Shown piece after piece: positions 16,551-20,000 of a stretch of DNA of 20,000 nucleotides; the stretch's first letter is position 1; each line of letters begins with the position of its first letter. The position numbers were made by a program, and so were the translations under genes. The notes under the pieces were generated by a model. It had not been told where the DNA came from. It was given only the letters and a program-made list of their open reading frames with translations, and did not search any database. The DNA is from an uncultured virus (IMG/VR IMGVR_UViG_3300030333_001711) (lineage: Duplodnaviria > Heunggongvirae > Uroviricota > Caudoviricetes), in the IMG/VR virus record IMGVR_UViG_3300030333_001711; one strand, written 5' to 3'.

Positions 16551-16748
16551 ATGACAGTTATTACTGAATCAGGTGGAAGACAAAATGCCTTCCCAACCGA
16601 AACCAGACCTTACATAGATGAGTCTGTTTCCTACGAAGGTTATCCTCAGAATGCTGAGAAAGTCAACGGTCGTTGGGCGATGATCGGATTCGTAGCATTG
16701 ATAGGTGCATACGCAACTACAGGGCAAATCATTCCAGGTATCTTCTAA
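16551..16748 (+). CDS. hli: High-light inducible protein
   Basis: AEKVNGRWAMIGF...TTGQIIPGIF. Confidence 0.93.
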   Translation: MTVITESGGRQNAFPTETRPYIDESVSYEGYPQNAEKVNGRWAMIGFVALIGAYATTGQIIPGIF

Positions 16749-16861
16749 TGAACTATTGGAAGAACGCAGAGCAAACAAACGGTAGATTAGCAATGATGGG
16801 TTTCGCCATCGCTGTAATAAACTACGGTTTTACTGGATGGATAATTCCAGGATTCTATTAA
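16748..16861 (+). CDS. hli: High-light inducible protein (37 aa)
   Basis: MNYWKNAEQTNGRLAMMGF...TGWIIPGFY, with TAATG coupling. Confidence 0.9.
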   Translation: MNYWKNAEQTNGRLAMMGFAIAVINYGFTGWIIPGFY

Positions 16862-16905
16862 TGAAATTTCAATCACAATTCACAATCAACAAAGAGGAAA
16901 AACTA

Positions 16906-17013
16906 ATGACTCCAGAAGCAGAAAGATTTAACGGTTGGGCAGCAATGCTTGGTTTCGTTGCAGCAGTTGGTGCTTACACATTCACAGGTCAAATCATTCC
17001 AGGTATATTCTAA
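16906..17013 (+). CDS. hli: High-light inducible protein (35 aa; not in the ORF track)
   Basis: GAGG RBS. MTPEAERFNGWAAMLGFVAAVGAYTFTGQIIPGIF. There is also an in-frame upstream ATG at 16861. Confidence 0.93.
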   Translation: MTPEAERFNGWAAMLGFVAAVGAYTFTGQIIPGIF

Positions 17014-17103
17014 ATGAAAAGACATCCTGTGCCACTTAGAATTGTGCCATACATTTTCGCAATGGCACTAGGAGCAAGTACATTAACAACCGCATTCGTA
17101 TAA
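17014..17103 (+). CDS. 29 aa hydrophobic peptide within the hli cluster
   Basis: MKRHPVPLRIVPYIFAMALGASTLTTAFV exactly fills the gap between two hli genes. Confidence 0.6.
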   Translation: MKRHPVPLRIVPYIFAMALGASTLTTAFV

Positions 17104-17104
17104 A

Positions 17105-17239
17105 ATGACAAACAAAAAACCAATCGAAAAAGAAAAGTTAGTTGCTGAAAAACTAAACGGAAGACTAGCAATGCTAGGTATCGTTGCAGGACTAGGTGCT
17201 TACTTAACTACAGGACAAATCATACCAGGATTTGTTTAA
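17105..17239 (+). CDS. hli: High-light inducible protein (44 aa; not in the ORF track)
   Basis: AEKLNGRLAMLGIVAGLGAYLTTGQIIPGFV. Confidence 0.93.
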   Translation: MTNKKPIEKEKLVAEKLNGRLAMLGIVAGLGAYLTTGQIIPGFV

Positions 17240-17427
17240 TGATCTTAGAGGCAGATTATAATACTTGGGTTAATACCATACTGTTTCCTTTTTTACCTGT
17301 AATTACGGTATTCTTATGCAGTTGGTTGATGCTAGGTGACTTGCCTTTTGATGATGACGATGATGATGACGACGGTGGAGGAGGAGTAATGACTCCTGTT
17401 TATAACTACGCACCATCAGGAGCATAA
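17239..17427 (+). CDS. Small membrane protein with an Asp8-Gly4 tract
   Basis: TAATG coupling at both ends. A transmembrane segment is followed by DDDDDDDDGGGG. Confidence 0.7.
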   Translation: MILEADYNTWVNTILFPFLPVITVFLCSWLMLGDLPFDDDDDDDDGGGGVMTPVYNYAPSGA

Positions 17428-17507
17428 TGAAGTATCAATTACTTTTTGCTGTAGTACTCGCAGCATTTGCCATTAACGGCAATATAACAAGTTTATTTTA
17501 CGCATAA
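17427..17507 (+). CDS. 26 aa hydrophobic peptide
   Basis: MKYQLLFAVVLAAFAINGNITSLFYA, with an AGGAG RBS and TAATG coupling, ending just before a terminator. Confidence 0.6.
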   Translation: MKYQLLFAVVLAAFAINGNITSLFYA

Positions 17508-17512
17508 TATAT

Positions 17513-17544
17513 AAGGGTAGCACAAACTAACGCTACCCTTTTTT
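17513..17544 (+). terminator. Rho-independent terminator closing the hli cluster
   Basis: AAGGGTAGC-loop-GCTACCCTT followed by a T-run. Confidence 0.8.
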
Positions 17545-17712
17545 ATGAAATATAGACTTGAGTACCAGACAGAAAATTCAAACAAGTGGATTAAGATGAA
17601 TAACTATCGTAATTTATCTGATGCAAAATCTGAATTTTATCTTTACCTCTGTAGACAATCTCAAAATATGGTCTACAATAAAACTAGAATAAGAAGAGTA
17701 CAAGATGACTGA
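17545..17712 (+). CDS. Hypothetical protein (55 aa)
   Basis: MKYRLEYQTENSNKWIKM...RIRRVQDD; overlaps the next ORF. Confidence 0.55.
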   Translation: MKYRLEYQTENSNKWIKMNNYRNLSDAKSEFYLYLCRQSQNMVYNKTRIRRVQDD

Positions 17713-17884
17713 CCTTTCACTCAGAACAAAATCTTACCTACAACTGAAGAAGTATTTCAAAGTTTGTGACAACCAAAAAGTCTACGAGTTCTGTGACTAT
17801 TGGATCACAAGTGGAAACACTGACACAGATGGACTTGACGAAGCATTTCGTGTAAGATACAACATAGATAAACTTGGAGACTAA
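17705..17884 (+). CDS. Hypothetical protein (59 aa)
   Basis: MTDLSLRTKSYLQL...VYEFCDYWI...LGD; tight tiling with its neighbours. Confidence 0.6.
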   Translation: MTDLSLRTKSYLQLKKYFKVCDNQKVYEFCDYWITSGNTDTDGLDEAFRVRYNIDKLGD

Positions 17885-17888
17885 CTTA

Positions 17889-17969
17889 ATGAAAGTGTCA
17901 TATTTGTTGATACTTCTTATAATATCTGCTATGGTATTATATCTCCCACAATTCGCCTATGTACGCTAA
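17889..17969 (+). CDS. 26 aa hydrophobic peptide
   Basis: GGAG RBS. MKVSYLLILLIISAMVLYLPQFAYVR, with TAATG coupling to the next ORF. Confidence 0.6.
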   Translation: MKVSYLLILLIISAMVLYLPQFAYVR

Positions 17970-18142
17970 TGATTTTTCTATCTTGTCCACCAGTATATAC
18001 TCTTCCTGGAACTTGGACTAAATGTGAACACGCATTAATTCCACACTTTGAATTTAATGTAGGTCCATCACTCGCAGTTTTCCTAGGACTAATTACAATA
18101 GGGATACTGATATACAGTACAACATCAATTAGAAAAGATTAA
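17969..18142 (+). CDS. 57 aa single-TM protein (YTLPGTW N-terminus)
   Basis: MIFLSCPPVYTLPGTWTKCEHALIPH...SLAVFLGLITIGILIYSTTSIRKD. Confidence 0.6.
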   Translation: MIFLSCPPVYTLPGTWTKCEHALIPHFEFNVGPSLAVFLGLITIGILIYSTTSIRKD

Positions 18143-18144
18143 TT

Positions 18145-18366
18145 ATGAGAAGAGAAATGTTAGAGGCACTGAAGTCACTCTCTATCGGCAACATCAAGAA
18201 AGCAAAGATGAACATTGAGATATATCTCAAGAGTCCTGTCGGTATTGGAGAACACCCTGACGTTTTAGGTGCAATACAAGATCAAATTGATTTGATTGCA
18301 AAAGAAGAAGAACGTATTGAAGTAATCAAAAAGTATTTTGAAATAGGATCTGATCTTTATGAGTGA
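18145..18366 (+). CDS. Conserved phage hypothetical protein (VGIGEHPD motif)
   Basis: 73 aa helical hairpin with NIEIYL..PVGIGEHPD. Confidence 0.78.
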   Translation: MRREMLEALKSLSIGNIKKAKMNIEIYLKSPVGIGEHPDVLGAIQDQIDLIAKEEERIEVIKKYFEIGSDLYE

Positions 18367-18832
18367 TGTACACTACAAAAAACATCGTGTGTTTAGAGAG
18401 ACAGACGATGTTATTTTTTATGATATATCTGTAGAAGAATCTAATGCTAGTGACCTTGTAGTACACACAGGTCCTGCTACATCACCACCAAACGATAGTG
18501 TGGGTGCAAAGCAATTCTACATTCATAGTTTTCAAGATGATTACAATAGAGTTGTATCAGGGCAGAGAACATTTGAACTGGTAAACTATTCTTGGAAATA
18601 TCCTTATCATATTGTGCATCTAAATGTTCACAACGGAGCATTGTTTATACCTCGTGGTACATTCCATAGATCGGTATCAGGAGAAGATGGTTCAATAGTT
18701 ATTAATCAGGCAAAGAGATATGATGGATTTGACCCAAGTGCAGAGTTTTATCCTGTGTCTTCTGCAACTAATATAGATCTTTATAATGCACTCACAAAAG
18801 AAAAACCAGTAATTCACAAACTAGGAGAGTAA
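18359..18832 (+). CDS. Cupin-like protein of cyanobacterial type
   Basis: FYIH..QDD....SG.R.FEL and LFIPRGTFHRS resemble the two cupin motifs. Confidence 0.7.
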   Translation: MSDVHYKKHRVFRETDDVIFYDISVEESNASDLVVHTGPATSPPNDSVGAKQFYIHSFQDDYNRVVSGQRTFELVNYSWKYPYHIVHLNVHNGALFIPRGTFHRSVSGEDGSIVINQAKRYDGFDPSAEFYPVSSATNIDLYNALTKEKPVIHKLGE

Positions 18833-18833
18833 A

Positions 18834-19121
18834 ATGCTCGCATTTTTATTTACAGCAGCAGGGTTCTTAAACCTTTTGTTCTACATCTTTGCTGTTGGTT
18901 TTGTAATCTCATTGTTATTAGAACAGTGGATAAAGTTTAGACCTTTATCTGTTGACGCATCAATGAATGAAAGAAATATGTATATCGTACAATCTAATAG
19001 AAGATATTGTTGGAGACAAGCGTGGATAACTAATATCTATTGGTTTCTATGCAACGTAGGTCTGTATTTTATCTCAAGGAATATGGCAACACCAACAGAT
19101 ACATTCTGGAATGGAATGTAA
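18834..19121 (+). CDS. Hypothetical membrane protein
   Basis: AGGAG RBS and two hydrophobic segments. Confidence 0.72.
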   Translation: MLAFLFTAAGFLNLLFYIFAVGFVISLLLEQWIKFRPLSVDASMNERNMYIVQSNRRYCWRQAWITNIYWFLCNVGLYFISRNMATPTDTFWNGM

Positions 19122-19124
19122 CTC

Positions 19125-19153
19125 TTGACAAAGTGTTGAAACGCATATATAAT
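19125..19153 (+). promoter_or_regulatory. Consensus sigma70 promoter of psbA
   Basis: TTGACA (19125-30), 17 bp spacer, TATAAT (19148-53). Confidence 0.85.
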
Positions 19154-19239
19154 AGGTAGATCGTGAAGTTTTGTAACTTCCTCGATCTTTTTTTACAAAG
19201 GACCCGAAATTATCGTCACCCTGCGTACAAACTGCTCGT

Positions 19240-19340
19240 AAACCAAGACCTATAGGCAGTATAATACTTCGTCTTTCTATCCAGTAGTGAGGGATTACTG
19301 GAAATAAGTTTCGCATCTACCCTTGGTGCCCTACTTAAAT
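19240..19340 (+). ncRNA. Structured psbA leader, PhotoRC-II-like RNA motif (boundaries approximate)
   Basis: Hairpin TCCAGTAGT-GAGGG-ATTACTGGA (19280-19302) and downstream CCCTACTT able to pair with the loop region. Its position upstream of a cyanophage psbA matches the recalled PhotoRC-II motif. Confidence 0.65.
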
Positions 19341-19350
19341 CGTCTTACTA

Positions 19351-20000
19351 ATGACAACTCTTTCAACTCAATCCCGCAGATCAGGTGGTCTCCTAGCAGG
19401 GTGGCCAGAATTCTGTGAGTGGGTAACATCAACAAACAACAGACTTTATGTTGGTTGGTTTGGTGTTTTAATGATTCCTTGCTTGCTAACAGCAGCAGCG
19501 TGTTTCATCGTAGCATTCATCGCTGCTCCTCCTGTGGACATCGATGGAATCAGAGAACCAGTTGCGGGTTCTTTTATGTATGGTAACAACATCATCTCAG
19601 GTGCTGTAGTTCCATCTTCAAACGCAATCGGTCTACACTTCTACCCTATTTGGGAAGCAGCAACAGTAGACGAATGGTTATACAATGGTGGTCCTTACCA
19701 GTTGATAATCTTCCACTTCCTAATCGGAATCTCTGCTTATATGGGCAGACAGTGGGAACTATCATATAGATTAGGTATGAGACCTTGGATATGTGTAGCA
19801 TATTCAGCACCTGTATCAGCAGCATTTGCTGTATTCCTTGTGTATCCTTTCGGACAGGGTTCTTTCTCTGACGGAATGCCACTAGGTATCTCAGGTACAT
19901 TCAACTTTATGTTTGTGTTCCAAGCAGAGCACAACATACTAATGCACCCCTTCCATATGGCAGGTGTAGCAGGTATGTTCGGTGGTAGTCTCTTCAGTGC
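19351..20000 (+). CDS. psbA: Photosystem II D1 protein, 3'-truncated by the window edge (not in the ORF track)
   Basis: MTTLSTQ...[20 protein letters not shown]...[12 protein letters not shown]...[17 protein letters not shown]...[13 protein letters not shown]. Confidence 0.98.
   Translation, partial: MTTLSTQSRRSGGLLAGWPEFCEWVTSTNNRLYVGWFGVLMIPCLLTAAACFIVAFIAAPPVDIDGIREPVAGSFMYGNNIISGAVVPSSNAIGLHFYPIWEAATVDEWLYNGGPYQLIIFHFLIGISAYMGRQWELSYRLGMRPWICVAYSAPVSAAFAVFLVYPFGQGSFSDGMPLGISGTFNFMFVFQAEHNILMHPFHMAGVAGMFGGSLFS

Noticed and set aside
397..19937. All minus-strand ORFs in the track
   Set aside because: Each lies opposite a well-supported plus-strand gene or leader (including psbA at 19646-19937). 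The promoters and terminators found all point in the plus direction.
1..20000. tRNA or rRNA genes
   Set aside because: No cloverleaf with T-loop and D-loop consensus was seen in the few intergenic gaps.

Overview
AT-rich, all-plus-strand segment of a T4-like cyanomyovirus, most likely one infecting Prochlorococcus. Gene order: 3' end of mazG; a 2OG-Fe(II)-oxygenase-like gene; a late-promoter block (nuclease-like protein, KxDG ligase-like protein, HxGH nucleotidyltransferase, a modular basic protein resembling an internal head protein, an Ig-domain virion protein); DNA primase (gp61); nrdA and nrdB; a regulatory island; transaldolase (talC); a GIY-YIG-like nuclease; a translationally coupled cluster of four hli genes and small membrane peptides; and the 5' part of psbA with its promoter and structured leader. 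The most striking structure is at about 13860-14530. Two tandem RNA elements resembling the Downstream-peptide (glutamine-II riboswitch) motif precede a YRG-motif (DUF4278-like) peptide gene. Each element has a complete, paralogous ~62-68 aa ORF inserted in its P2 loop, with the start codon in or next to the P2 stem and the stop codon in the pseudoknot-forming strand. All calls come from reading the sequence and recalled family knowledge; no searches were run.
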